From: Gemmatimonadales bacterium
Lineage (GTDB): Bacteria > Gemmatimonadota > Gemmatimonadetes > Gemmatimonadales > GWC2-71-9
NCBI GenBank assembly: GCA_036004545.1
Contig: DASYRI010000111.1
Span: 16,033 to 80,032 of the forward strand
Direction: 5' to 3'
DNA: 64,000 bases
Under the pieces are notes generated by a model. It was not told the DNA's origin. It worked only from the letters and a program-made list of their open reading frames with translations, and searched no databases. How positions within the stretch are numbered: the first letter of the stretch is position 1; each line of letters starts with the position of its first letter. The translations under genes and the position numbers were made by a program. Positions 53,255 to 61,751 of the stretch are shown here, one piece after another.

Positions 53255-54755
53255 CCGGGACCTCGGGCGAGCCGGCGACGGGGGGCTCGGCGTACCGCGC
53301 CATGCCGGGATGCTCGGCGAACGGATCCGCGAGGAGGCGGCGCAGCTCCTCGATGAGCCCCAACTCCCTCGCCTCGGCCCGCTCGATGGCCTCCTGCGCG
53401 ATCCAGTTCCGGAGCACGTACTTCGGATTCACCCGCCGCATCCGCGCCGCCCGCTCGGCGTCCACGCTCCCTTCGGCGCCCAAGCGTGCCGAGTAGCGCT
53501 CGAGCCAGGCGTCGATGCCCCTGCGATCGGCGAACAGCGATTGGACAACCCTGTTCACCGTTGACCGTTGACCGTTGACGCTGTCCAGACTGTTCTCGTT
53601 GACTGTTGACTGTTGACTGTTGATGCGGTCGAGCTCCCGGAAAAAGCGGGCGTAGTCGACCCGCCCTTCCTGGAGAAGCGCCAGCGCGTCCCGCACCAGC
53701 CCCGCGTCCTCTTCCCGCTCGGTCGCGAGGCCGAGCTTCGCCCGCATCAGCCGGCCGTACTCGCCGGCGAACTCCTCGCGATAGCTCTCGAGCTCCGCCT
53801 GCGCCGCCTCCAGGTCAACCAGGGACAGCAGCGCCTCGCCGAGCCGGGCGCAGTTCCAGAGTCCCACCGCCGGCTGCCGATCGAACCCGTAGCGGCCTTC
53901 GGTGTCGGAGTGATTGCAGATGAATCCCGCGTCGTACTGGTCGAGGAAGCCGTAAGGTCCGTAGTCGAGGGTCAGGCCCAGTACCGACATATTGTCGGTG
54001 TTCATCACGCCGTGCGCGAAGCCGGCCGCCATCCAGCCGGCGATGAGCCGGCCGGTGCGGCGGCACACCTCGCCGAAGAAGCGGCGGTAGCGGTCGTCGG
54101 CCGGCGAGCCGCCCAGCGCGGCGAAATGCTTCGCGATCACGTAGTCCGCGAGCTCCCGAACGCGTTCCGTCTCGCCCCGAGCCGCGAAGTACTCGAAGGT
54201 CCCGAACCGGACGTGGCTCGGGCTCTGGCGCAGCAGGGTCGCGGCGGTCTCGATCCGCTCCCGCTGCACCGGGAGATCGCTCCCGACGATGGCGAGCGCA
54301 CGCGTCGTGGGGATGCCCAGGCCGTGGAGCGCCTCGCCGGCGAGATACTCGCGGATCGCGGAGCGCAGGACCGAGCGGCCGTCGCCCCCGCGGGAAAAGC
54401 GGGTGGTGCCGCCGCCCTTCAAGTGGAGATCCCAAGACTCGCCGCGGGAATTCCGCACCTCGCCCAGGAGAAACGCGCGGCCGTCGCCGAGCCGGGGGAC
54501 CCAGACGCCGAACTGGTGGCCGGCGTACGCCTGGGCGATCGGCTCCGCGCCGGGCATCCGCTTCGCCCCGCTCAGGCAGCGCGGCAGGTCGGCATCCGCC
54601 GACGCCGCGGGGTCGAGCTCGAGCAGCTCGGCGGCGTCAGGGTTGAAGGCGACCAGGTACGGATCGGGAAGCGGCGTCGGGTCCACCACCTCGTAGAACG
54701 CCGGGTGGAGCCGGGCGTAGCTGTTGTGGAACGGGAGGCGGGTCAGGGAAGCCAC
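53238..54755 (-). CDS. selO: protein adenylyltransferase SelO (YdiU family)
   Basis: LPFHNSYARLHPAFY, YAGHQFG, LGDGRA, GVMNTDNMS and DYGPYGF motifs. It contains repeat-derived sequence in frame. Confidence 0.9.
   Translation of the reverse strand: MASLTRLPFHNSYARLHPAFYEVVDPTPLPDPYLVAFNPDAAELLELDPAASADADLPRCLSGAKRMPGAEPIAQAYAGHQFGVWVPRLGDGRAFLLGEVRNSRGESWDLHLKGGGTTRFSRGGDGRSVLRSAIREYLAGEALHGLGIPTTRALAIVGSDLPVQRERIETAATLLRQSPSHVRFGTFEYFAARGETERVRELADYVIAKHFAALGGSPADDRYRRFFGEVCRRTGRLIAGWMAAGFAHGVMNTDNMSVLGLTLDYGPYGFLDQYDAGFICNHSDTEGRYGFDRQPAVGLWNCARLGEALLSLVDLEAAQAELESYREEFAGEYGRLMRAKLGLATEREEDAGLVRDALALLQEGRVDYARFFRELDRINSQQSTVNENSLDSVNGQRSTVNRVVQSLFADRRGIDAWLERYSARLGAEGSVDAERAARMRRVNPKYVLRNWIAQEAIERAEARELGLIEELRRLLADPFAEHPGMARYAEPPVAGSPEVPVSCSS
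53553..53625. repeat. two CCGTTGAC/CTGTTGAC arrays in frame inside selO
   Basis: 53556-53580 and 53595-53625, read on the minus strand as INSQQSTVNENSLDSVNGQRSTVN. Confidence 0.9.
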
Positions 54756-54923
54756 CCTCCGAAGATAGGGGTGCTCGTGGATACCCCCAACGATCCCAGC
54801 GACCCTGGCCGGAGTCGGGTCCGCCGCTCGGGAGGGTGATATTGACTAAGTTCATACGCGGCCGGGTTCGCCGCGGCCAACCGGGTCGTGCTGCGCCGCA
54901 CTCCGGAGAGGAACCGTCACTCC

Positions 54924-55862
54924 ATGGCCAATTCCTCGCTCGCGCGTGCCGTCCTGCTGCGCATGTCGAAGAGCCGCTGGCTCGCCGACCGGGTGATGTC
55001 CCGCGGGTTCGCCAAGCGGGCCGTGAAGAGGTTCATGCCCGGTGAATCGCTGGACGACGCGCTCGATGCCGCCGCCGCGCTCGCCCCCGACCGCCTCGGC
55101 AGCATCCTCACCAAGCTGGGGGAGAATCTCGCCAACCCCGCCGAGGCCGACGCGGTCCGGGCCCACTATCTCGACGTCCTCGACCAGATCGCCCGGCGCG
55201 GGCTCGACGCCCACATCTCCGTCAAGCCCACGCAGCTCGGCCTCGATTTCTCGTTCGATCACTGCGCCGAGCACATGGTGGCCCTGGCACGGAAGGCGGA
55301 GGCGACTCGCTCGATCTTCTGGATGGACATGGAGGATTCGAGCTACGTGGACCGCACCCTCGACCTCTACCGCCGGCTCAAGGCGGTGCAGCCGAAGGTC
55401 GGGATCGCCCTCCAGGCGTACCTCCGCCGCACGCCGCAGGACCTCAAGTCGCTGCTCCCCTTGAATCCGATCGTCCGCCTGGTGAAGGGCGCCTACGCCG
55501 AGCCGGCTCACGTGGCCTTCCCCGCCAAGCGGGACACCGACTTCGCGTACTACGAGCTGTCGAGCCAGCTGCTGGAGGCCGCGTCGCGGGGCCGGGCGCT
55601 GCCGATCTTCGGCACCCACGACCTCACCCTGGTGGACCGGATCGTCACCAAGGCGCAATCGCTGGGCGTGGGCGACGGCGGCTACGAGATCCACATGCTC
55701 TACGGCATCCGGATGGACGCGCAGCGGCGGCTCGCGGCGGCGGGGCGGAAGGTCAAGTGCCTCATCAGTTACGGCAACGCCTGGTTCCCCTGGTACATGC
55801 GGCGCCTCGCCGAGCGGCCCGCCAATGTCTGGTTCGTGATGAAGAGCATGCTCCCGGGCTGA
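54924..55862 (+). CDS. proline dehydrogenase (monofunctional PutA-like)
   Basis: ISVKPTQLG, MDMEDS, ALQAYLRR, RLVKGAY and GTHD motifs. ATG 54924 is preferred over GTG 54888. Confidence 0.85.
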   Translation: MANSSLARAVLLRMSKSRWLADRVMSRGFAKRAVKRFMPGESLDDALDAAAALAPDRLGSILTKLGENLANPAEADAVRAHYLDVLDQIARRGLDAHISVKPTQLGLDFSFDHCAEHMVALARKAEATRSIFWMDMEDSSYVDRTLDLYRRLKAVQPKVGIALQAYLRRTPQDLKSLLPLNPIVRLVKGAYAEPAHVAFPAKRDTDFAYYELSSQLLEAASRGRALPIFGTHDLTLVDRIVTKAQSLGVGDGGYEIHMLYGIRMDAQRRLAAAGRKVKCLISYGNAWFPWYMRRLAERPANVWFVMKSMLPG

Positions 55863-55927
55863 CCGGGCGCGGGAAACCGAACTCCTGCATATTCGTAGGG
55901 TCACTCCTTCTGGACACCGGAGCCCCC

Positions 55928-56530
55928 ATGAGCGCTGACCAGCTCTCCCGCCGCGCCTTTCTCGCCGCCGCCGGCGCGGCCGGCGCCGCCTGGCTGGCGG
56001 TTGACCCGGAAGCTCTCCACGCCGCGCTGGTTCACGCGCGGCTGACCGTCGCCCTGCCGCCCCCGTATCGCTTCGACGCCCTTACCGCCGCCCAGGCGGC
56101 CGACCTCGAGGCGATCGCGATGCGGATCTTTCCCTCCGACGGCACCCCGGGAGCCAAGGAAGCCGGAGTCATCCATTTCATCGACAAGGCGCTCTCCACC
56201 TTCGCGGCGCCCCAGAAGGACGACGTCATCAAGGGTCTGGACGACCTCAACCAGCGGGTCGCGGCGAAGTGGCCGGGGGGGGCGGGGGGGGCGACCGCGT
56301 CGTTCGCCGCGCTCAAGGCCGAGCAGCAGGACGAGCTGCTCAAGGAGATCGAGAAGACGCCGTTCTTCGGGCAGACCCGGTTCGCCGCCGTCGTCGGCAT
56401 GTTCGGCAATCCCTCCTACGGAGGAAACCAGGACCAGGCAGGCTGGAAGCTGCTTGGTTTCGAGGCGCACGGCATCTACCAGCCGCCGTTCGGCTGGTAC
56501 GACGCCGAAGCGGCGAAGGGAGGAGGCTGA
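55928..56530 (+). CDS. gluconate-2-dehydrogenase subunit-3-family protein with a Tat signal
   Basis: SRRAFLAAAGAAGAAW Tat motif and IFPSDGTPGAKEAGVIHFIDKAL, typical of the family. Confidence 0.75.
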   Translation: MSADQLSRRAFLAAAGAAGAAWLAVDPEALHAALVHARLTVALPPPYRFDALTAAQAADLEAIAMRIFPSDGTPGAKEAGVIHFIDKALSTFAAPQKDDVIKGLDDLNQRVAAKWPGGAGGATASFAALKAEQQDELLKEIEKTPFFGQTRFAAVVGMFGNPSYGGNQDQAGWKLLGFEAHGIYQPPFGWYDAEAAKGGG

Positions 56531-56532
56531 GC

Positions 56533-58179
56533 ATGCAGGGGCAACCGACCCGGAAGTATTCGCCCTCGACCGAAGTGGATTTCGTGATCGTCGGCTCCGG
56601 CGCCGCCGGCGGCGTGCTCGCCAAGCAGCTTTCCACCCGCGGCCACTCGGTGGTGGTGCTCGAGGCGGGCCCCCGCCTCGGGCCGAGCGATTTCAAGCAC
56701 GATGAATTCGACTACTGGATCCAGGGCGGGCTGGGGCCCAAGACGCCGGTCACCTGGCGCCAGACCGAAGACAAGGAGGCGAAGGTCGGGCAGGGCGGGA
56801 TCTTCCGGGCGAGCCTGGTGGGTGGGAGCAGCGTGCACTTCACCGCGAACTACTGGCGGCTTCACGAGATTGATTTCATCGAGCGGAGCAAGCTCGGGCC
56901 CGTGCCGGGCGCCAATCTGGCGGACTGGCCCATCGGCTACGCCGACCTCGAGCCCTACTACACCATGGTGGACTGGGAGGTGGGAGTGTGCGGCGTGCCG
57001 GGTCCGTTCGATCCGCCCAGGTCACGCCCCTACCCGATGCCGCCGCTGCCGGTCAAATCGTCCGGCGTCCTCTTCGAGCGGGGCGCGGCGAAGCTCGGCC
57101 TGCACCCACAGCCCTCGCCGATGGCCATTCTCTCCCAGCCGTTCAACGGGCGGAACGCCTGCCAGCACTGCGGCTACTGCATCGGCTTCGGGTGCGAGTT
57201 CGGGGCCAAGAGCTCGTCGCTCGCGTCGGTGATCCCGGTGGCGGAGCGGACCGGCAAGTGCGAGATCCGGCCCAACAGCTACGCGCGAAAGGTGGAGCTG
57301 GACGCGAAGGGCCGGGCGACCGGCGTGGTCTACTTCGACGCCGACAAGAAGGAGCAGCTCCAGCGGGCCAAGGCGGTGATCCTCTCGGCCAACGGCGCCG
57401 AGACCCCCAAGCTGCTGCTGATGTCCGTGTCGAGCCGGTTCCCGAACGGGCTGGCGAATTCGAGCGGCTACGTGGGCAGGCATCTGATGTTCAACGGCAA
57501 CACCGGGACGATGGCGCTCTTCGAGCATCCGCTCAACGAGTACAAGAGCGTGCAGGTCACCCGGCTCCTCCACGACTTCTACGACAGCGATCCCAAGCGC
57601 GGCTTCTACGGCGGCGGCGGGATCGACGCCCGCTTCCAGCAGTACCCGATCGTCTTCGCCCTGGGCGCGCTGCCGCCCGACGCCCCGGCCTGGGGCAGCG
57701 AGTACAAGCGCCTGCTGGGCGACTACTTCAACCGGACCATGATGATCGCGGGCCACACCACGTCGCTGCCGGTCGAGAGCAACAGCGTCACCCTCGATCC
57801 CAGCGTGAAGGACGACTGGGGGCTCCCCGCGCTCCGGATCACCTACAAGGACCACGACGACGATCTCAAGATCATGCAGTTCATGGTGGACCGATCGAAG
57901 GAGATCGCGGAGGCCGCGGGCGCGCAGAAGGTCTGGGCATTTCCGGTGCAGGTCTCCGGCGGCACCGCCCACCTGCTCGGCACCTGCCGGATGGGGAAGG
58001 ACCCCAGGACTTCGGTGATCAATCCGGATCACCGGACCCACGACGTTCCGAACCTCTTTCTCTGCGATGGGAGCAGCCTGGTGACGTCCGGTCGCGGCCA
58101 GCCGACGATGACCATCATGGCGCTGGCGTTCCGGGCGGGGGAGCGGATCGCCGCCTTGGCGAAGAGAGGGGCGATTTGA
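56533..58179 (+). CDS. GMC-family FAD oxidoreductase (large subunit)
   Basis: DFVIVGSGAAGG and the C-terminal AHLLGTCRMG...DGS signature. The ATG is 2 nt after the small-subunit stop. Confidence 0.9.
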   Translation: MQGQPTRKYSPSTEVDFVIVGSGAAGGVLAKQLSTRGHSVVVLEAGPRLGPSDFKHDEFDYWIQGGLGPKTPVTWRQTEDKEAKVGQGGIFRASLVGGSSVHFTANYWRLHEIDFIERSKLGPVPGANLADWPIGYADLEPYYTMVDWEVGVCGVPGPFDPPRSRPYPMPPLPVKSSGVLFERGAAKLGLHPQPSPMAILSQPFNGRNACQHCGYCIGFGCEFGAKSSSLASVIPVAERTGKCEIRPNSYARKVELDAKGRATGVVYFDADKKEQLQRAKAVILSANGAETPKLLLMSVSSRFPNGLANSSGYVGRHLMFNGNTGTMALFEHPLNEYKSVQVTRLLHDFYDSDPKRGFYGGGGIDARFQQYPIVFALGALPPDAPAWGSEYKRLLGDYFNRTMMIAGHTTSLPVESNSVTLDPSVKDDWGLPALRITYKDHDDDLKIMQFMVDRSKEIAEAAGAQKVWAFPVQVSGGTAHLLGTCRMGKDPRTSVINPDHRTHDVPNLFLCDGSSLVTSGRGQPTMTIMALAFRAGERIAALAKRGAI

Positions 58180-58200
58180 AGTTGACGCTGTTCTGCCGGT

Positions 58201-60102
58201 CTACCGGTCGAGATAGTCCTGGTATGCCACCTGCAGCATCGCCCGCCCCAGTCGCAGGTCGAGGTCGCTCACCCGCCCGGAGCTCGAGGTGATCCGGTTC
58301 GGGGCGTGCTCCCAGACGAACGCCCCCCGATCGGTCACCAGCCCGAAGCCGTCGTCGAAGCTGTAATAGGCGAACGGCCTGGGCTCCGAAGAGAAGAGAT
58401 CGCCGCCGAAGCGGTACCGCCCTGCGCCGGGCAGTCCGAGCAGCGCGAGGAGCGTCGGCGCGAGGTCCGTCTGGGAGCCGATCGCGTCCACCACCTCTCC
58501 CCTCCGGGCGAGCGCGCCGCCCAGCCAGAGCATCGGGACGTGATACCAGCTCGGCGCGGACTTGTACGGCACCGCCCGGTCGGTGCGCTCCAGCTTCTTC
58601 GAGTGATCGGCCACGATGATCACCAGGGTCCGGTCCCACCACGGCTCCTGTTCGGCGCGCGCGATGAAATCGCCCAGCACGTGGTCGGTGTAGGCCAGCG
58701 AGTTGAGGAAGCGCGATTCGCCGTCGCTGCCGGGAACCCGCACCGGCCCGGGCACGTCGAACGGCTCGTGGCTGCTCAGGGTCATCCAGGCGACGAAGAA
58801 GGGCGACCCCATCCCGCGAAGGTCCCCGAGCACCCGCTCCGCCACCGCCTCGTCGTGCGCGCCCCACTTCGAGGTCCGCGCCGAGCGCGGGAAATCGTCC
58901 TTGCCGGCGACCCGGGTGAACCGTCCGTCCAGCACGAAGCTCCTCAGGTTGGCGAAGCCCAGCTCGCCCCCGTAATAGAAGCCGGTGGCATAACCCGCGT
59001 CCGCCAGGTCCCTGGAGAGCATCGGCAGCGTCGCGGCCTTGGACGGCACCTTCAGGATGGAGGCGTTGGGGACCGTCGGCTGGCCCGAGAGCAGCGCGGC
59101 GAGGCCCTTGTCGGTGCGGTCGCCGGCGGCGTAGAAGCGGCGGAAGAGGAGGCCCGAATCCGCCAGCCGGCCGAAGGCCGGCGTGGTACCGCGCAGGCCG
59201 CCAAGCCGCTCCACCGCCCGGGCGGTGAAGCTCTCCCAGACGATCAGCAGCAGGTTGGGCCGCGCGACCCGGAGCAGCGGTGATCGCCCCCCGGCGGAAC
59301 TGCGCGGTCCGGCCGGCGCCGGCGGTCCTTCGGCTGTCGCCGCTCCGGCGCTCAACCGGGCGACCAGTGCCCCGGCGGAATCCGCCGGCATCACCACGTA
59401 CGGGTTGGTGCGGCGATCGAGCCCGCGGATCCACGAATCGAAGAAATTCCACCCGGCGTTGAGCGCCGCCTGGTTGGCGAACGGCTCGCTGGTGAACCAG
59501 GCGCTGCTCTGGTTGATCGGAATCTGCTGCAGTCCGCCCCGCGCCGGAATCACCAGCAGCAGGGCGCAGAAGCCGAGCGGCAGGCCTCCCGCGGCCGGTA
59601 CCGGCGGCAGCCTGGCGAGCCTCGGCCGGAAGAGCCGCCATGCGATCCCGGCGGAGAGCGCCGCGAGCCCGGTGAAGATCGCCACCAGCGCGAGACGCGG
59701 CACGCCTCCGGCGGAGGCCCACACCTCCCGCGGATGGGTCAGGTACTGGAGCACCGCCGCGTCAATCCGGCGTCCCCACGCGCGGAAGATTCCGAGGTCG
59801 GAGGCGGCCAGGAGCGCCAGCGCGGTGGAGGCGAGCACCGTGTAGCCCAGCAGCACGCGCCCCGTCCCGCGCGCGATGCTCGCGATGGCCGAGAGCGCGA
59901 TGAGCAGGAACGGGATCACCGAGAGCCACGCCGCGGCCGAGAGGTCGAGCGGGAACCCGTGCAGGAGGGTCCCCGCGAGGATGCCGCCCGGCAGCGCCGC
60001 GGCGCGATCGGCGTTCCAGAGGAGAAAGAGGAGCCGGCACCCGGCGAAGAAGGCGAGCCAGTAGAGGAGATAGATGAGGAGGAGCTGGAATCGGGGGCGC
60101 AC
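58201..60102 (-). CDS. LTA-synthase / sulfatase-family membrane enzyme
   Basis: Five N-terminal TM segments, then a sulfatase-fold domain (NLLLIVWESF, GLAALLSG, WMTLSSHEPF, ADHS). Confidence 0.8.
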   Translation of the reverse strand: MRPRFQLLLIYLLYWLAFFAGCRLLFLLWNADRAAALPGGILAGTLLHGFPLDLSAAAWLSVIPFLLIALSAIASIARGTGRVLLGYTVLASTALALLAASDLGIFRAWGRRIDAAVLQYLTHPREVWASAGGVPRLALVAIFTGLAALSAGIAWRLFRPRLARLPPVPAAGGLPLGFCALLLVIPARGGLQQIPINQSSAWFTSEPFANQAALNAGWNFFDSWIRGLDRRTNPYVVMPADSAGALVARLSAGAATAEGPPAPAGPRSSAGGRSPLLRVARPNLLLIVWESFTARAVERLGGLRGTTPAFGRLADSGLLFRRFYAAGDRTDKGLAALLSGQPTVPNASILKVPSKAATLPMLSRDLADAGYATGFYYGGELGFANLRSFVLDGRFTRVAGKDDFPRSARTSKWGAHDEAVAERVLGDLRGMGSPFFVAWMTLSSHEPFDVPGPVRVPGSDGESRFLNSLAYTDHVLGDFIARAEQEPWWDRTLVIIVADHSKKLERTDRAVPYKSAPSWYHVPMLWLGGALARRGEVVDAIGSQTDLAPTLLALLGLPGAGRYRFGGDLFSSEPRPFAYYSFDDGFGLVTDRGAFVWEHAPNRITSSSGRVSDLDLRLGRAMLQVAYQDYLDR

Positions 60103-60123
60103 CGGGGAACACTAAACGGAAGC

Positions 60124-60145
60124 GGGGGGCGATGTCTCGCCCCCC
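60124..60145 (-). terminator. candidate intrinsic terminator hairpin after the 60191..61045 gene
   Basis: Perfect 9-bp GC stem (GGGGGGCGA tgtc TCGCCCCCC). On the minus strand it is followed by GCTTCCGTTT, which is only a weak U-tract. Confidence 0.4.
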
Positions 60146-60190
60146 GCCCCCGGATTTCGCTCGCCGGGCGACGCTCCCCCCTCCCGCCGG

Positions 60191-61045
60191 CTACGGGCGC
60201 GGGAACCGGTGACGGGTGCTCAGATCAATGTCGAACGTCCGGTCGCCGATCGTGAGGGTGGCGGTGGCGGTGCCGTGGAAGGTGACGACCACGGTGCGCT
60301 GGATCGTCGTTCCGTCGTGGGGGCCGCCCACGATCGTGACGGTGCAGGAGCGGGTAATGGTCCCGCTCAGCGGGAAATGCGGTCCGCCGTCGCCGGAGGG
60401 CACCGGCACGACGACGTCCTGGATCGTCACCGAGCAGTCGAGGTTGTAGGTGCGGGTCTCGCCGCCCTCGGTGCTCCGGCTCCGGGTCACCTTGTCGTGC
60501 CCGGTGCCGTTCCAGGTGCGCTGGGTCTCCGCGCCCGCCAGGCCGGTGGCCGTCAAGTCCTTGCCCCGATCCACCGAGCCGCTCCAGAACTCGCCGCTTC
60601 GGGTGCCGACGAACGAGGTCTGGAGGTTGGCCTTCGCGGTGGTGGTCGCGTCGTAGGCCTGCTGCACCGCGTTCGCCGCATCCCAGAACGCGTAGCTCCG
60701 GTTGATGGTGATCCCGTCGTGCGAGATGGTGGGGCAGACCAGCCGGCCGGAGGCGGCGTCGAACGGGCAGTTCAGGGGATGGAAGTCGCCGCGCCCCAGC
60801 TCAAACACCGGGCCCGGCCCGGAACCGACCGCTCCCAGCGCGCCCGGAGCAAAGAAGGGCATGAAGGCGAAGAAGACCGGCTCCCGCATGACATCCACGT
60901 CTTCGCCGATGCCATCGGCCGCCGCCTGAGCCAGGTCCGCGGCCAGGAAGGGCAGCTGCTGGTCGGTCGGGCCGGTCGAGTCCTTGCTGCACGCGCCGAG
61001 CACCACGGCGCAAGTCAAGGCACCACAGCGGATTAGCGTCTTCAT
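60191..61045 (-). CDS. hypothetical lipoprotein
   Basis: Lipobox AVVLGAC from ATG 61045. No recognised domain. Confidence 0.6.
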   Translation of the reverse strand: MKTLIRCGALTCAVVLGACSKDSTGPTDQQLPFLAADLAQAAADGIGEDVDVMREPVFFAFMPFFAPGALGAVGSGPGPVFELGRGDFHPLNCPFDAASGRLVCPTISHDGITINRSYAFWDAANAVQQAYDATTTAKANLQTSFVGTRSGEFWSGSVDRGKDLTATGLAGAETQRTWNGTGHDKVTRSRSTEGGETRTYNLDCSVTIQDVVVPVPSGDGGPHFPLSGTITRSCTVTIVGGPHDGTTIQRTVVVTFHGTATATLTIGDRTFDIDLSTRHRFPRP

Positions 61046-61146
61046 GGTGGTCCTCGTGATGGAAAGTCGGTCGGGTCGGTTCACCCTGGCACTCAGGCAG
61101 ACGAACCGCCACCCGGGCCGTTAAGTGTATCACGTCCCCGATTCTC

Positions 61147-61195
61147 CCACCTGTCCGCCCGTCCGCCTGTCCATCCTTCCGTCATTGCGTCTTCC
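61147..61195. repeat. reverse-complement GGCGGAC-type plus GACGCAA-type units overlapping the DUF502 stop
   Basis: CCACCTGTCCGCCCGTCCGCCTGTCCATCCTTCCGTCATTGCGTCTTCC. Its first 21 nt are the exact reverse complement of 7702-7722. Confidence 0.85.
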
Positions 61196-61751
61196 CCGCC
61201 ACCGGCTCGGCGGACCGTGCGACCCCGCCCGATACGATGAAGGCGAGCATGTCGGCCGCGTCGCCCGCGAGTGGCTCCACGTGGTCGGGGGGCACCAGCA
61301 CCACCCGGCCGGCGAAGCTGTACGACCAGGGCATGTACACCGCCACGTGGCTGGGCATGCCGAGGTGCTCCAGGCTGTCGGCGGTAACGAAGCCGAGGTA
61401 CCAGACCACGCCGGCGTCGTCGAGGCGAACCCGCACCGGGCGGTTGAACCGGCGCCGCTCGCCCACGAAAGCGTTGATGAGATCCTTGGTGGAGGTGTAC
61501 ACCAGCCGGACGAACGGCACCCCTTCGACCAGCCGCTCCAGTTCGGCGACCACGCCCCGGGTGACGAAGTTGGAGGCGAGCGCGCCGACTCCGGTGATCA
61601 CGGCGATAGTGAGCAGGAGCCCGGCGCCCGGGAAGCCCAGGGGAAGCAGGGAGTCGAGGCTGGTCACCGCCCACCAGCAGATCCAGAGCGTGAGGGCGAG
61701 AGGGGTCGCGATCACCAGCCCGCGAACGAAGTACTGGATGAGCCGTCTCAT
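61182..61751 (-). CDS. DUF502-family membrane protein
   Basis: Two N-terminal TM segments plus the P(F/L)VR.VY motif region. ATGA overlap with the upstream aminotransferase stop. Confidence 0.75.
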   Translation of the reverse strand: MRRLIQYFVRGLVIATPLALTLWICWWAVTSLDSLLPLGFPGAGLLLTIAVITGVGALASNFVTRGVVAELERLVEGVPFVRLVYTSTKDLINAFVGERRRFNRPVRVRLDDAGVVWYLGFVTADSLEHLGMPSHVAVYMPWSYSFAGRVVLVPPDHVEPLAGDAADMLAFIVSGGVARSAEPVAGKTQ

